This document shows positions 47,458 through 58,242 of a DNA stretch of 64,000 bases, piece after piece; within the stretch, counting starts at the first letter, position 1; the number at the start of each line of letters is the position of its first letter. The notes below the pieces were generated by a model. That model worked only from the letters and a program-made list of their open reading frames with translations, did no database searches and was not told the origin of the DNA. This DNA comes from a virus. A program made the translations under genes and the position numbers. Where the stretch lies: positions 32,001 to 96,000 of IMG/VR virus record IMGVR_UViG_3300027754_000055. One strand, 5' to 3'.

Positions 47458-48195
47458 TCAGCGGCGAAAGTTTCTGATCCCTGCTCGCATTGGATGAACG
47501 CCGCCCTGCAAAGCTTCATCGGATATCTTTTGCTGGAACTCCAAGTTGATGAACTTACCAAACACACCGGAGCTATAGTTCTTTAATACAATGCCTTCGG
47601 CTATTTTGGAACCAAACGAAGATATACGGTCAGCCAATGTTGGAAGCTCTTCTGGGGAAACAATGCCCTTCCAAACAAGAGGAACAACAGGCGCTCCCAC
47701 TTCTTCGCACACCGCTTCCTTTTCTTCTCTGTTTAGCCACTTGCCTGTTCCTTGACCTTTTTGATATGGAGGCTCAAACTCTCCATCCAACACATCATAG
47801 CAAACAGTCATATCCGGCCAACCACCAACGGAGTATGGAACGTTCTCATATTCAACGCTGTGTTTGATCGATAGGGATTCGCAGAAAAAGGTAAAACCAC
47901 CTTTGACGATAATCATTGGGTGTCCGTCAACTTTTTCTTCCACGACCAACTCTGAGCCATCGAAGAGGCTGTCCATCTCTTCATCGGTCATTGTTGGTTT
48001 GCCGGGAATGCGAGCTTTTGCTTTGTCGATCTCTTCGTTGCCAACAGCAACCTTTTCTTCTTTTGTTCTTGGGTCAACAATCTTGGCAACAGGAATGCGG
48101 CGAACTCCTGTTATGTCTTTATAACCAGCATTGTCAATAACTTGCATTGGCTCCTCGACGGATTCATTGAACAGTATAGGGAATATTTTTATCAT
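47458..48195 (-). CDS. RNA ligase-like nucleotidyltransferase with ILFNE leader
   Basis: Motif I EEKVDG, FCE, CYDV, VPLVW, AEGIVLK, GKFI; TATTTA 5 nt before ATG. Confidence 0.8.
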   Translation of the reverse strand: MIKIFPILFNESVEEPMQVIDNAGYKDITGVRRIPVAKIVDPRTKEEKVAVGNEEIDKAKARIPGKPTMTDEEMDSLFDGSELVVEEKVDGHPMIIVKGGFTFFCESLSIKHSVEYENVPYSVGGWPDMTVCYDVLDGEFEPPYQKGQGTGKWLNREEKEAVCEEVGAPVVPLVWKGIVSPEELPTLADRISSFGSKIAEGIVLKNYSSGVFGKFINLEFQQKISDEALQGGVHPMRAGIRNFRR

Positions 48196-48210
48196 ACCGA
48201 TAAATACAAT

Positions 48211-48408
48211 TCAAAGCTTTTCTGCTACCCACCCACTCCCGTCTGGGTAATCAAAATCAATATGCATTGGTCCGATTCCACATTCATCACAAACTTGACG
48301 ATCTACATAATCTCCAGCCTCAACCTCTGAACGGTGAACCTCAAACCCATTACCGCATTGGCTACATTGAATCCAACCAATATCTTTTGTTTTTTCAGTT
48401 ATTCCCAT
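48211..48408 (-). CDS. Small Zn-ribbon protein
   Basis: CSQC...CDEC. Confidence 0.7.
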   Translation of the reverse strand: MGITEKTKDIGWIQCSQCGNGFEVHRSEVEAGDYVDRQVCDECGIGPMHIDFDYPDGSGWVAEKL

Positions 48409-48414
48409 AATATA

Positions 48415-48744
48415 TCACCACCTATAGTTCACAAACAACGGCCCAAGTTCCCATGTGATAATCGGACCATCGTAGTAAGCATCATACCGTTTCAATAATC
48501 CAAACAAAAACACTTTATCTGGAATCTCATCTTTCCAAACTTCGGAACGTTTTGCTGTGTTTACTCCAAGAGTCCACCATGAGTAACCAACACGCCATTC
48601 CATCTTAGGATTCAACGCTTCATGAACTATATTGAAAAAAGAATAATCGCTAGTATCAATATCAATCACATATCTGTTGCGAAGAATATCAGAATGCTGA
48701 TGAGGTGTTCGGTCAAATGACGGTAGTGGTAGTTTTAGTTTCAT
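48415..48744 (-). CDS. Hypothetical protein
   Basis: ORF in operon. Confidence 0.65.
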   Translation of the reverse strand: MKLKLPLPSFDRTPHQHSDILRNRYVIDIDTSDYSFFNIVHEALNPKMEWRVGYSWWTLGVNTAKRSEVWKDEIPDKVFLFGLLKRYDAYYDGPIITWELGPLFVNYRW

Positions 48745-49516
48745 TTTGAGTTTCCATTTCCAAGTAAGCTACAGCTTCTGTATATTTTTGTGGATCTAGT
48801 CTCGCATATTCAAGCAATGGTTTTTCTTTTCGCTGTTTGCTAATCCAAGCAACAACACCTGTATAACCAAACTTTGCTTTCATGTCAAGAACCAAGTCAA
48901 TATCGGATCGTTGGAAATTTTCTGAATCCGCACAAGCCATACCAAACGTATCACTACAAAGAAGCGTAGGAAAAACCTTGGTTTCCAGCCAATCTTTATC
49001 AGATTCGCTATAAGTGGTAAAGAACACATACTCATCTTGTGATAGCTGACATAGCTTTTTCAAATATTTTAAATGTTCAGCAGCGTTACCGTCATAAGGT
49101 AAAACTTGCATAAAATCAAAATGGCTTACAAACGTTTTGTTTTTGTTTTCCTTGATCCAGTTTTCAGCTTCTTGATATTTTTCCATGCTAAACCAACTGC
49201 CGAAATGTTTGCTTTTTTCTTCAATAGGTTTATTTTTTATTTCTGGAAAGTATGAATCGTTCGGGTATAGAGTTTGATATGCTATATTTCCAATACTGTG
49301 ATAGTTTCTTGTTAGTTCAATGAAAAAATCTAAATCTTCTTGCTGAATGTCTTTTTTTGTAAGGGAAGTAAAATGATATGTAGATTGTTCTACCTGATCA
49401 TCTAAAAACACTACATCTCGGGCTTGAAGCCAAAAAAGTTTATGCAAAAGAAGAATCTGGTCTTCTGGGTTTGTTACGAACTTGGGATCAGAAAAGTTGA
49501 TTGTTGTTGTTGTCAT
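48713..49516 (-). CDS. Hypothetical protein
   Basis: 267-aa ORF, CSDTFGMACADSE motif. Confidence 0.75.
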   Translation of the reverse strand: MTTTTINFSDPKFVTNPEDQILLLHKLFWLQARDVVFLDDQVEQSTYHFTSLTKKDIQQEDLDFFIELTRNYHSIGNIAYQTLYPNDSYFPEIKNKPIEEKSKHFGSWFSMEKYQEAENWIKENKNKTFVSHFDFMQVLPYDGNAAEHLKYLKKLCQLSQDEYVFFTTYSESDKDWLETKVFPTLLCSDTFGMACADSENFQRSDIDLVLDMKAKFGYTGVVAWISKQRKEKPLLEYARLDPQKYTEAVAYLEMETQNETKTTTTVI

Positions 49517-49530
49517 AAGATCATTGTTCT

Positions 49531-49812
49531 TTATTTTTTGAATAGCGGCATATATTCATCATTATTTGATATTGTTTTCTCTTCCTCTGTCCACCCAATC
49601 AGCTTTTTCATCTTGCGAATGCATTGCGGCGCTCTTGCTGCCGATTCACCGAGAATATTATATCCCATTCCCTTGAAACCATCATCAAGCCGCTTTCGGG
49701 CATCCAGTGCCTTGAGATACTCTTCAATAACCAAACTTAGTTCCGCTAAATCAGAATGCGGATCTACCGTCCTGCATTGACACTCTTCGTGATTCCAATG
49801 ATCATGTTTCAT
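49531..49812 (-). CDS. Hypothetical protein
   Basis: TTGACA-17-TATCAT upstream; start MKHDHW. Confidence 0.65.
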   Translation of the reverse strand: MKHDHWNHEECQCRTVDPHSDLAELSLVIEEYLKALDARKRLDDGFKGMGYNILGESAARAPQCIRKMKKLIGWTEEEKTISNNDEYMPLFKK

Positions 49813-49926
49813 AATTATTTTTCTATAAATGCAATCCTTTATATGATGCGATGATAGCATCCGGTTTTTGTTATGTCAATCAATTATAATTGATTGAAAG
49901 ATATGTTCTACGAAATTTTTGTTGTG

Positions 49927-50223
49927 TTATTTTGAAATTTTTTTTATTAATTTAATCGAGCGTTTACTTGTTGGTATATTTGAAATATTTCCATCACCCG
50001 AAAGAATCCAGCCTATATTTCCATCAGCGGTCAAAACTCTATATTCTTTTTTAGCAGTTTTAATTTCTATCCACGGAATATCTTTGATCTCTAAAATCAA
50101 TATTATATCTTCTGGAATTAGGACGCTTGTCGTCGCTGTTATTTTCCCCGACTCTTTCCATAGTACCGTTAACTTATTGATCTTGTAAAGATCGCCCACT
50201 TTAATCATTGTATTTTTTGCCAT
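49927..50223 (-). CDS. IGKLY/GxIGW paralog
   Basis: IKVGDLY...RVLTADGNIGWI. Confidence 0.8.
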   Translation of the reverse strand: MAKNTMIKVGDLYKINKLTVLWKESGKITATTSVLIPEDIILILEIKDIPWIEIKTAKKEYRVLTADGNIGWILSGDGNISNIPTSKRSIKLIKKISK

Positions 50224-50450
50224 TCTTCTTTGGAATAAAATACATATCCAACAATTCCATTTTGGCTTATGATTTTAATGGAGCCATATCCATCTGGCCC
50301 ATCTTGCGGTGAGTATGTTAAGTTTGCTTCAAGAACCATGCCAATTTCTTTGGGATAAATATATCCCAAATGCATATGAAGCCATATAGCCTTTCCGCTT
50401 ATACCAATATATTTGTAGAGCTTACCAATCTCAATTTCTTTTTTATTCAT
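50205..50450 (-). CDS. IGKLY/GxIGW paralog
   Basis: IEIGKLY...KIISQNGIVGYV. Confidence 0.8.
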   Translation of the reverse strand: MNKKEIEIGKLYKYIGISGKAIWLHMHLGYIYPKEIGMVLEANLTYSPQDGPDGYGSIKIISQNGIVGYVFYSKEEWQKIQ

Positions 50451-50663
50451 TCAATGTGTACTTTCTTCTGATTCTTCTTCGAAAGCTAACAATGAACTTG
50501 AAAATACTTTCTGTGGATCATGATTTCTATCATCAAGAAGATGACAAAGGTCTATCATTAGATCATGAATTTGATCATGAATATCATCACTGCTCATAGT
50601 AATTTTAGCATATTGACTTATAATCATAAATGCTCTGTTAATAGCATTGGTTTTAATATCCAT
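50451..50663 (-). CDS. Hypothetical protein
   Basis: DLMIDLCHL motif; TTGACA promoter. Confidence 0.7.
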   Translation of the reverse strand: MDIKTNAINRAFMIISQYAKITMSSDDIHDQIHDLMIDLCHLLDDRNHDPQKVFSSSLLAFEEESEESTH

Positions 50664-51003
50664 TTTTTCTTTATTTCTTTATTGCATGAGCATGATAGAT
50701 ATAAAAGCAAATGTCAACTACAATTATTTTGAATGTTCTGAGTCGAAATATAGCTTTGCCAAAAAACCTCCTGTTCTAAGGCCGATATTCCAGAATATCA
50801 AACAAAAAACTCCAGTATTTAATATTATTTTTAGCAAACCCGGTGTCATGTTTGATAACCAAAAAAGTAAAATCATCAACTCAATCATGTTCAATCTATT
50901 ATTAATCATGTTTTCTTATGCGATTGTAGCCGTTTAAAAACAATAAATAAATCATAAAACTAAGAATATTTTCAGCTAGCTAACATCCATTATACTTATT
51001 GTT

Positions 51004-51720
51004 ATGAGAATATTTGATATATTATTTGAACAACATGATATTAGTGCAAAAAAACCACGTAGAACAATTTCAGAGGTTGGCTCTAAAGGAATTGTTCCAG
51101 TGCATCTTGAAAATGATCAGCGAGTTTTACTTTTAAATAGCAAAAACATCGCAGACGCCACAAAAAATGCAAAAAGTAAAATTCAATTTATGAGAATGTT
51201 TATAAATGGCGTTGCAGAAAAATATACAGATTCAACTCCGTATGACGTAAATGCTCAATGTATAATCGGACAACTTAATTATAAAAAAATCTCAAATGGG
51301 CTCTATAAAGTCAATTCTGTAGCTGCAATAAAAAGTTACGGCTCTTTGCTATATGAATTATTAATGCAGTTTATCTCCGCAGAAAACGGTTATATTACTC
51401 CATCGGTTCCAATAGAACAAAAAGCACTGGACGTTTATCATAGATTTATGAACAGATCTGACATAGAGAAAAAACAAATACAAGATATCAATAGAGTCGC
51501 ATATTTCGTTCGCAAAAAACAAATCAGCAATCAATACCCAGAATCAAAACAAGAAAATAAACCATTTTATTTAGGTTTTCAAATGCAAGGCGCACCATCA
51601 TTCACTCCAATAAAAGAAATACTTGGATCAGCAATGGATGAGTTTAATGTTTCCGATCAAGAAATAGCTAAAGCAGCAAGCGATTGGTTTAATAAAAGAT
51701 ATAAGCCAGAAGATCAGTGA
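51004..51720 (+). CDS. GNAT-like protein with ILFE leader
   Basis: YKVNSVAAIKSYGSLLYE...ITPS...ALDVY resembles a GNAT acetyl-CoA loop; TACTTA 5 nt before ATG. Confidence 0.5.
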   Translation: MRIFDILFEQHDISAKKPRRTISEVGSKGIVPVHLENDQRVLLLNSKNIADATKNAKSKIQFMRMFINGVAEKYTDSTPYDVNAQCIIGQLNYKKISNGLYKVNSVAAIKSYGSLLYELLMQFISAENGYITPSVPIEQKALDVYHRFMNRSDIEKKQIQDINRVAYFVRKKQISNQYPESKQENKPFYLGFQMQGAPSFTPIKEILGSAMDEFNVSDQEIAKAASDWFNKRYKPEDQ

Positions 51721-52022
51721 TTGGCCAAAACAAAGTTCAAGCCTAAATAGTAAAATTCTTCATCACCCAAAAGAAAATATCCAACATTACCTCTGGAAGT
51801 TATTATTTTATGCCACCACAGGCTGTCATCTAAATCGTGCTGAATGGTCTCAATAAAACAAAAAATATTTTGATCGTTCGTATATACAATATCAATAATG
51901 CTGTTTTTTTCCAAATCATTATCCATTGCATATTTCCAGACTTCTAACTTATCTGTCATACGATAGCTTTGATGACGACTGCACCAATAAAGTTTACCAG
52001 ATTTTAAATTAATTCTTTTCAT
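51714..52022 (-). CDS. IGKLY/GxIGW paralog
   Basis: LKSGKLY...KIITSRGNVGYF. Confidence 0.8.
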   Translation of the reverse strand: MKRINLKSGKLYWCSRHQSYRMTDKLEVWKYAMDNDLEKNSIIDIVYTNDQNIFCFIETIQHDLDDSLWWHKIITSRGNVGYFLLGDEEFYYLGLNFVLANH

Positions 52023-52141
52023 ATTAGTCTTTTGCCCTCTTCTATTGGTTATCTTCCACGATAGCCTTTAACAATAAGAATGTCTTGACTTTTATTATAT
52101 TAACTTTTACTGTTAGTCATCACAAACCAAAGGAATACATT

Positions 52142-52540
52142 ATGACAATTAAAATTATGTACATTCGATCAGTTAAATCAGAACGTCCTGTAGGATGCAT
52201 TGCAACGGTACAAAATGAAACAACAAACGGTAAGCAGCTTACGATCGGCTGGAGTTATTGCTCTCGGAATAATATTGATGTCTTTTCCCGCAGATCTGCT
52301 CGTAAGATTGCTTGTGGACGTGCAAGTAAAAATGATACTATTTCTGTTTCAATGCTAGCGAATGATACTGCACACACACTCCGAGAACGTGTACTAGAAG
52401 CAGCGGCCAATCCAAAAAACAAACTACCTAGTGGATTTCGTCGTGTATGTAAGCAAATGCTTGAAGAAGAAAAACGAGAGTCGGTAGAAGAGGTTAATAG
52501 CCTTGCTCCTTCTGGATTCTCCAAAATCACTTACCACTGA
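52142..52540 (+). CDS. Hypothetical protein
   Basis: AAGGA RBS before MTIKI; GWSYCS..D.FSR..AR.IA.GR motif. Confidence 0.7.
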   Translation: MTIKIMYIRSVKSERPVGCIATVQNETTNGKQLTIGWSYCSRNNIDVFSRRSARKIACGRASKNDTISVSMLANDTAHTLRERVLEAAANPKNKLPSGFRRVCKQMLEEEKRESVEEVNSLAPSGFSKITYH

Positions 52541-52606
52541 TCATCATTCCATCCATCTACCTAATTTTTCTGTTCATGATATAAAAAATTACCATAATTA
52601 ATTGAT

Positions 52607-53830
52607 ATGAACAATATCAATCTTGCGGTAAAAAAACTAAATTCCCTCCTCATTGAATCAAAACAATCAATTGTAAATCTAGGATTCCCAGAAGTTATTG
52701 CTTCCATACTATATGAAAAATATGGAAAAAATGCTTTCGTGGTATCAAAATGGTATAAAGATTATTTTACAGCCGATTATGAGGCCATGGATAATAAAAC
52801 ATGGTGGAGAAGAGCAAACACAGAATACTCATTAAAACAACTTGGCTTAACTGATTTAATCATGCTTTATGATGCTGCTAAAATATCATTCGAAGAATAT
52901 AATAAAATAAAAAAACAACTTGAACTTGAAGTAGATGATACTCAAGAGTTTAATAAATCAGAAAAATTACAAGATCTAAGAGAAGAAATAAGTAGAGATT
53001 TTTTCAAAAAAGTATTTTTCAGTAGAAACCTAATCATCGGTATCGACTCAGGTAAAATCATTGACCTTCATCCATATGCAAATTTAACATTTCAAGAAGC
53101 AAACGAAAAATATGAAAAGAAATCAATTTTTAGCGATAAAACACCAATAAAAAAATATCCAAATGGATGGCGCTGGGTTGACGCAGGTGCCAAATGTGAC
53201 TTGGTGGGTGGAATGATGAAAAATTGTGGCAGCACAGGCATAATGAGCATGGATAAAGATCGTACCATGCTAACATTATTCGATGAACAAAATATTCCAC
53301 ATGTGGTTGCTACATATTCACCAAATGAAAAAAGAATATCTGGTGTAGAAGGTCAAGCAAGCACCGCAGTAAAAAATGAATATGCGGATTATGTAATTGA
53401 TTTAGTAAAAACATTGGGCGCAGAACTTGATTATGATAGAGAAAAATCAAAATTCCTAAAACTCAAATATGCCTTGGGAAACAAATTAAAATCACTAAAA
53501 AAAATCCCTACTGAAAGCGATTACGACGAATATTATGTGCTCGTAACAAGTGATAATAAGACATATTATACAAACAGCTATGAGATGATATCAAAAGAAG
53601 ATGTAGATAAAATCAATTTCAAAATGTTTAAGCCGCAGCCAAAAAACATTGTGGAAAAAACTAAATTGGTCTTCGGATACTACAATAAAGAAAAGATATT
53701 AGATGCAAATCCAGATATAAAATACATTCGTGACTCTCAGTTTATAAATCAAATAAACCTACAAGAAAACGTAAAAGGTATAATAAAATCCGTAATTAGA
53801 GAGATGTTGCTAGGGATTGATAGTAGATAA
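52607..53830 (+). CDS. PcfJ-like domain protein with leader and C-terminal KGIIK tag
   Basis: GWRWV...GGMMKNCG...LFDEQNIPHV; N-term LLIE; C-term LQE-NVKGIIKSVIRE; TAATTA upstream. Confidence 0.6.
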   Translation: MNNINLAVKKLNSLLIESKQSIVNLGFPEVIASILYEKYGKNAFVVSKWYKDYFTADYEAMDNKTWWRRANTEYSLKQLGLTDLIMLYDAAKISFEEYNKIKKQLELEVDDTQEFNKSEKLQDLREEISRDFFKKVFFSRNLIIGIDSGKIIDLHPYANLTFQEANEKYEKKSIFSDKTPIKKYPNGWRWVDAGAKCDLVGGMMKNCGSTGIMSMDKDRTMLTLFDEQNIPHVVATYSPNEKRISGVEGQASTAVKNEYADYVIDLVKTLGAELDYDREKSKFLKLKYALGNKLKSLKKIPTESDYDEYYVLVTSDNKTYYTNSYEMISKEDVDKINFKMFKPQPKNIVEKTKLVFGYYNKEKILDANPDIKYIRDSQFINQINLQENVKGIIKSVIREMLLGIDSR

Positions 53831-54060
53831 TATCGCTCGCTCTACTGGATAGCTTCTTCAACAAGCTCCTATAAAGCTCATTAGCGGCCTCTTCTAGCTC
53901 TTCCTCATAACTAATCAATCTTTCGTATAGCCAGCTTCCCTGGCATATCTGGGGCGGTTCTGAAGCACCTCGTGTGCTTTCACAATTCACTGCCAAAAAA
54001 ATACCATGAAAGTTATGACGTATCTCCTGTGTAAAGCGATTTTAGCAAATATTTAATTTT

Positions 54061-56028
54061 ATGACAAAATCGAATATACAGGAACAATTAAAAAAATCTA
54101 TTAAAGATATAATTAAAACTAGAATATTTTTAACAGAGGCCCCTGTTGATGTGTGGTTGCGTAACAAGGCGAAAAAAGAGCCAACACCAGTTTCCAAAGA
54201 GGAAGCTGAGCCTATATTTAAAAAATTTGAAAAATATAAATCATATTTCACGATATTAGATTCGACACAGTATTCTTTTTCCGAATTGAAATTTAGCGTA
54301 TTATCTGCCGAAATGCTTGAAGAATTTAGGATAAAAGCAACCAGCGGAAAACATATAATACAATGGTTTCTTACACGGATTAAAGAAATACCAAATCTAT
54401 CATGGAGATCCATTCAAGAAGACTATCTACCGTTACTAAAATTATATATTAAAAATACCTCCATGCTGAAGCCTTTAGAAGAATATAAATCATTGTCTGA
54501 TTTACATTATGATATTGATAGTAAAAAGACAACAATCACTAAAGAAGCATCTAGTGAGGAGAAAGATGTTTTTTATCGTGAAAACGGTTGGGAATTGGCA
54601 ATGCCCCATACAACAGAGGCCAGTTGTGATTTAGGTGCTGGCACAACTTGGTGCACGGCAAGAAAAGGTGAAGGGGAGCAGAATCTATTTCTTAATTATG
54701 TCGGTATGCCAAGCAGTAGGACTGTACTGTTTTATGTTTTGAAAACAGATTCTGACCCAATCAAAAATCCATGGAGCAAACTTTCTGTTGGGTTTATAAA
54801 TGGTGAGCCTGCTTTTGATCGAGGATTTGGAACAGAAACTGTAAATGCGGCCAATGAGAGTTTGACCGAAGATAAATTTTTTAAGCTATTAGGAACGCCG
54901 ACAGCAATAAATTTCTTAGAGAAAATGAAAGAACGGATAAACCAGATATCTGGCAAGCATCCTGCTTCCAAAGAATGGGAAGTATTGGCGCAAAATCCTG
55001 AAAAATTAAAACAAAAGATGGATAGCTTCCGTAAGCCAGAACTTCTTGAAGACTTTTTACGAAATATATTATCAGTTAAAACAATAACACCAGAAGTTTT
55101 ATCTTTGCTAGCATCTAATAAAAATAGTTATGTACGTGAACGAGTGGCGGCAAATGAAAATACATCTACAAAAACACTACAACAACTTTCAACAGACGAT
55201 GAATACAATGTTCGCTCACGAGTAGCCCTCAATATAAAAACATCGTCCCAAATTCTAATTGAACTCGCCAGAGATCCACGAGAAATTGTTTCTACTCAAT
55301 TATTTTTTAATAATAATACGCCCACTGAAGCTTTAAGGATTATTATAAGCAAGCACGGAATTGATGATATGCAAACAACACTGGCTGCTCATCCAAATGC
55401 ACCAACTGATGTATTGGCCGTTTTATCAAATAGCTCTAACGCTTTTGTGCGTGCCGCCGTTGCAGGTAATTCAAACACGGATAGTATTACATTGGATAAA
55501 TTATTAATAGACAAACACTCGATGGTTTTTCAAGCAGCACGAAATAATAAAAATTTGTCACTTGATACACTGGAAAAATTAGCGCTGAGTAAAGAATGGA
55601 AAATGCGTAAAATAGCAGCCGGTAGTCAACTAATTAATCCAAATACGTTAACAAGACTATCTAAAGATAATATTGTCGATGTGCTGCTGAGTGTTGCAAG
55701 AAATAGCAAAACACCATATCAGACATTATTAGAACTTTCAGAACATCCAGAAGAAGAAGTCAGAATTAATGTAGCCTATAACAAAAAAGCCTCGCCAGAT
55801 ATTTTAAAAAAATTATCAGACGATAGCGATAAAGATGTATTAGTGGGTGTTGCAAGCAATCTTAATACACCTCTGGAAATTTTAAATTTGTTATCATCTA
55901 GCCCTGATAAAATCACTTCTAATGCAGCAAAATTAACAATTAAGGAGTTAGAAAAAGTTGTAATAACAGAATCAATTATATTAAATAATATAATTCAAAA
56001 ACTATCACGAGTTTCCAGCAGACTCTAA
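54061..56028 (+). CDS. IKDIIK-leader protein with ASCxxGxGTxWC domain and LRV/HEAT-like repeats
   Basis: PHTTEASCDLGAGTTWCTA; ~24-aa VRxxVAxNxNT repeats; TATTTA 5 nt before ATG. Confidence 0.75.
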   Translation: MTKSNIQEQLKKSIKDIIKTRIFLTEAPVDVWLRNKAKKEPTPVSKEEAEPIFKKFEKYKSYFTILDSTQYSFSELKFSVLSAEMLEEFRIKATSGKHIIQWFLTRIKEIPNLSWRSIQEDYLPLLKLYIKNTSMLKPLEEYKSLSDLHYDIDSKKTTITKEASSEEKDVFYRENGWELAMPHTTEASCDLGAGTTWCTARKGEGEQNLFLNYVGMPSSRTVLFYVLKTDSDPIKNPWSKLSVGFINGEPAFDRGFGTETVNAANESLTEDKFFKLLGTPTAINFLEKMKERINQISGKHPASKEWEVLAQNPEKLKQKMDSFRKPELLEDFLRNILSVKTITPEVLSLLASNKNSYVRERVAANENTSTKTLQQLSTDDEYNVRSRVALNIKTSSQILIELARDPREIVSTQLFFNNNTPTEALRIIISKHGIDDMQTTLAAHPNAPTDVLAVLSNSSNAFVRAAVAGNSNTDSITLDKLLIDKHSMVFQAARNNKNLSLDTLEKLALSKEWKMRKIAAGSQLINPNTLTRLSKDNIVDVLLSVARNSKTPYQTLLELSEHPEEEVRINVAYNKKASPDILKKLSDDSDKDVLVGVASNLNTPLEILNLLSSSPDKITSNAAKLTIKELEKVVITESIILNNIIQKLSRVSSRL

Positions 56029-56853
56029 TATCTCTGCCATTTTAGAGTAAAGCACAGTGGGATCATTGTTAGATAATCCGGCACGCTGACCGTCTGATAT
56101 CTCAATAACAATCCATGATCCATCTGCCGTTTTAGCTACATCAAGTGTGTAAAATCTAATTTGATCACCAATACGCATAATAGCTTCTTCCAAGAAATCT
56201 TTTGGGATTTGATCCGCAGAAGTCGGTTTCGCATCACAATCTTCCATCACCCAATAAAATCCAGTAGATAATACCTTGCCATCCAAAACAAAAATACGAT
56301 ATTCGGTTGAAATAGGGCATGATTGACCGTCCCATGATAACCTCTCAAGCGGTACATATTCTCTGGCCACAATATCTTGACCCTCAAATCGTGAATCCGC
56401 ATTCATGGAAATCATTAAATCAATTGCTGCCCTCTTGTTTTCAGCAAACATCTTTTTCCAGCAGCTTTTGTCTGCCTTGGAACCTTTAAGAATAAAGGAT
56501 GTATTTTCTGGTAAAGTAGAGAAATCTGTATAAGTTTTAGGAGTTAATTCCTGTAGATCCCATGACCATGATGGACAGCTATCTGCATAAACATATTCAC
56601 GCAATCCATTTAATAGGACTCCACCAAGACGTTTTACATCACGCTGAACACGTTTAGGCCAAGGCCACATCGTATGGCGGGCAATTACCAAATCGCCATC
56701 CTGGATATCCAATATTGACTCTGTAATCACCCATGAGGTATGATTTTTAACAGCTTCCAATTCTCCGTCATCAAGGATAGATGGATCATGCAAAAATATA
56801 ATTTTAGCCATTTCACTGCAACTCCGGTTCTTCTGCGTTAAAAACAACATCAA
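56005..56853 (-). CDS. ATP-grasp (R2K/DUF4343-like) protein
   Basis: TPKT, FILKG, VAREYV, EYRIF, FYTLDVA, WIVIEISDG. Confidence 0.8.
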   Translation of the reverse strand: MMLFLTQKNRSCSEMAKIIFLHDPSILDDGELEAVKNHTSWVITESILDIQDGDLVIARHTMWPWPKRVQRDVKRLGGVLLNGLREYVYADSCPSWSWDLQELTPKTYTDFSTLPENTSFILKGSKADKSCWKKMFAENKRAAIDLMISMNADSRFEGQDIVAREYVPLERLSWDGQSCPISTEYRIFVLDGKVLSTGFYWVMEDCDAKPTSADQIPKDFLEEAIMRIGDQIRFYTLDVAKTADGSWIVIEISDGQRAGLSNNDPTVLYSKMAEILESAGNS

Positions 56854-57649
56854 TAGGATTTTTACAATATCTTACCGTCGCAGACTTAAGAACAAACAAT
56901 TCATTTCGTTCAAAAGTAGCACCGGAACTAGCAAATCTAGCTTGATGTTTTTCTGGTAATAATTCCAACTCTTCTGTGGTGAATGGCTTCTTTACTAGCC
57001 TTCGCTGAATAGCCGTGCCATATTTTTGATTCTCGGATAGAGATTCCCAAGAATGTTTTTCTGCGGCAACGATCATGTTACGCTGTTCATAATCACTCTT
57101 TCCATGTAACTCATTTGAACTAAAAAATGACCTTGCATAAGCTTGAACGGAATTCTTTGAAGCGTCCTGTTCACGCCATGATACTGCTATACATGCATCG
57201 CCCATAGAAGGAACATTGAATACACGACAATCAAATGTAGCATGCTTTTTACCATTGAAAACAGCACAACCAGATTTTTCTAATAAGCTATTAAATGTAA
57301 TACTAGCAAATGCCGCAAGACAACTTACTAATTTTTGAACACGACCACCAAAAATAAGCTGACCACCGTTTTCTACATCTGGATGTAGTACAAGAGTAAT
57401 CTCATCCGATTGCGTATAGCCATAACATGCGCCAGATTCTTGAATTAGAGCTTTTGTCGTGTCTATAAAAGCTTTGTGCAATACAGTGTCAAATGGTCGA
57501 TGAAAATTTTTTGTAAAAGTATGAAATGCTCTTCCATCAAGACGAATGACTACGGGCAATTTCGCATCCAATAAATGCTCTGCGCTCTTTTCCCATTTCT
57601 TAACCTCATCACCAAGAGGATCTTTACTGATAATTTTAATTTCTTCCAT
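56813..57649 (-). CDS. thg1: tRNA(His) guanylyltransferase Thg1-like protein
   Basis: IRLDGRAFH, YTQSDEI, GGRVQKL, FDCR, WREQDA.KNS. Confidence 0.93.
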   Translation of the reverse strand: MEEIKIISKDPLGDEVKKWEKSAEHLLDAKLPVVIRLDGRAFHTFTKNFHRPFDTVLHKAFIDTTKALIQESGACYGYTQSDEITLVLHPDVENGGQLIFGGRVQKLVSCLAAFASITFNSLLEKSGCAVFNGKKHATFDCRVFNVPSMGDACIAVSWREQDASKNSVQAYARSFFSSNELHGKSDYEQRNMIVAAEKHSWESLSENQKYGTAIQRRLVKKPFTTEELELLPEKHQARFASSGATFERNELFVLKSATVRYCKNPIDVVFNAEEPELQ

Positions 57650-57672
57650 TTTTAATCTCCATTATTTCCAAA

Positions 57673-58242
57673 TCAATATAAATCATATAATTTAGCTAAT
57701 GATTCGTAGAATATCTTCCTACAATCTAATGCATCCTTTAGTGCCGAATGAGCATTGACCTTATCTAATCCGTGATAATCACGCATTGAATCCATTGAAA
57801 GATTTTGCTCACCATCAAGGCCCCATGCCAAATACGAAGAAGTTGTTGTGTCAATTGCATATCTTAGAAAGGTAGGTTTTATGCCAAGCACTGCATATTC
57901 TGCGGCAATAAAACCTAAATCAAAATTAGGATTCTGGCCAATGATCTTTCCAAAAGACAATAAAGAATATAATTCATCAGCAATACTGACAAAAGAAACA
58001 GCTTCCTTGTCCCATACTTGTTGCAAATAACCATTAACTCCCAAAGCGATTGGGTCTGCTTCCACAATATTTTTTGGTATAATCTTCCTACACCATTCTT
58101 CAACAATAATACCAGGAGCATTATAAGGAGCCTCAATAAGTTCCTTAATAACAGCAATCTCTAGAATTTCATGTCGATTGCAATCAAGCCCAGTAGTCTC
58201 AATATCCAGAAATATACGATATTTTTTATTTTTAATAATCAT
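57673..58242 (-). CDS. DEDDh 3'-5' exonuclease (DnaQ-like)
   Basis: FLDIETTG, GQNPNFD, AHSALKDA. Confidence 0.9.
   Translation of the reverse strand: MIIKNKKYRIFLDIETTGLDCNRHEILEIAVIKELIEAPYNAPGIIVEEWCRKIIPKNIVEADPIALGVNGYLQQVWDKEAVSFVSIADELYSLLSFGKIIGQNPNFDLGFIAAEYAVLGIKPTFLRYAIDTTTSSYLAWGLDGEQNLSMDSMRDYHGLDKVNAHSALKDALDCRKIFYESLAKLYDLY

Noticed and set aside
50647-50937. Overlapping 96-aa (+) and 61-aa (-) ORFs
   Set aside because: No motif or clear translation signal to choose either; left uncalled
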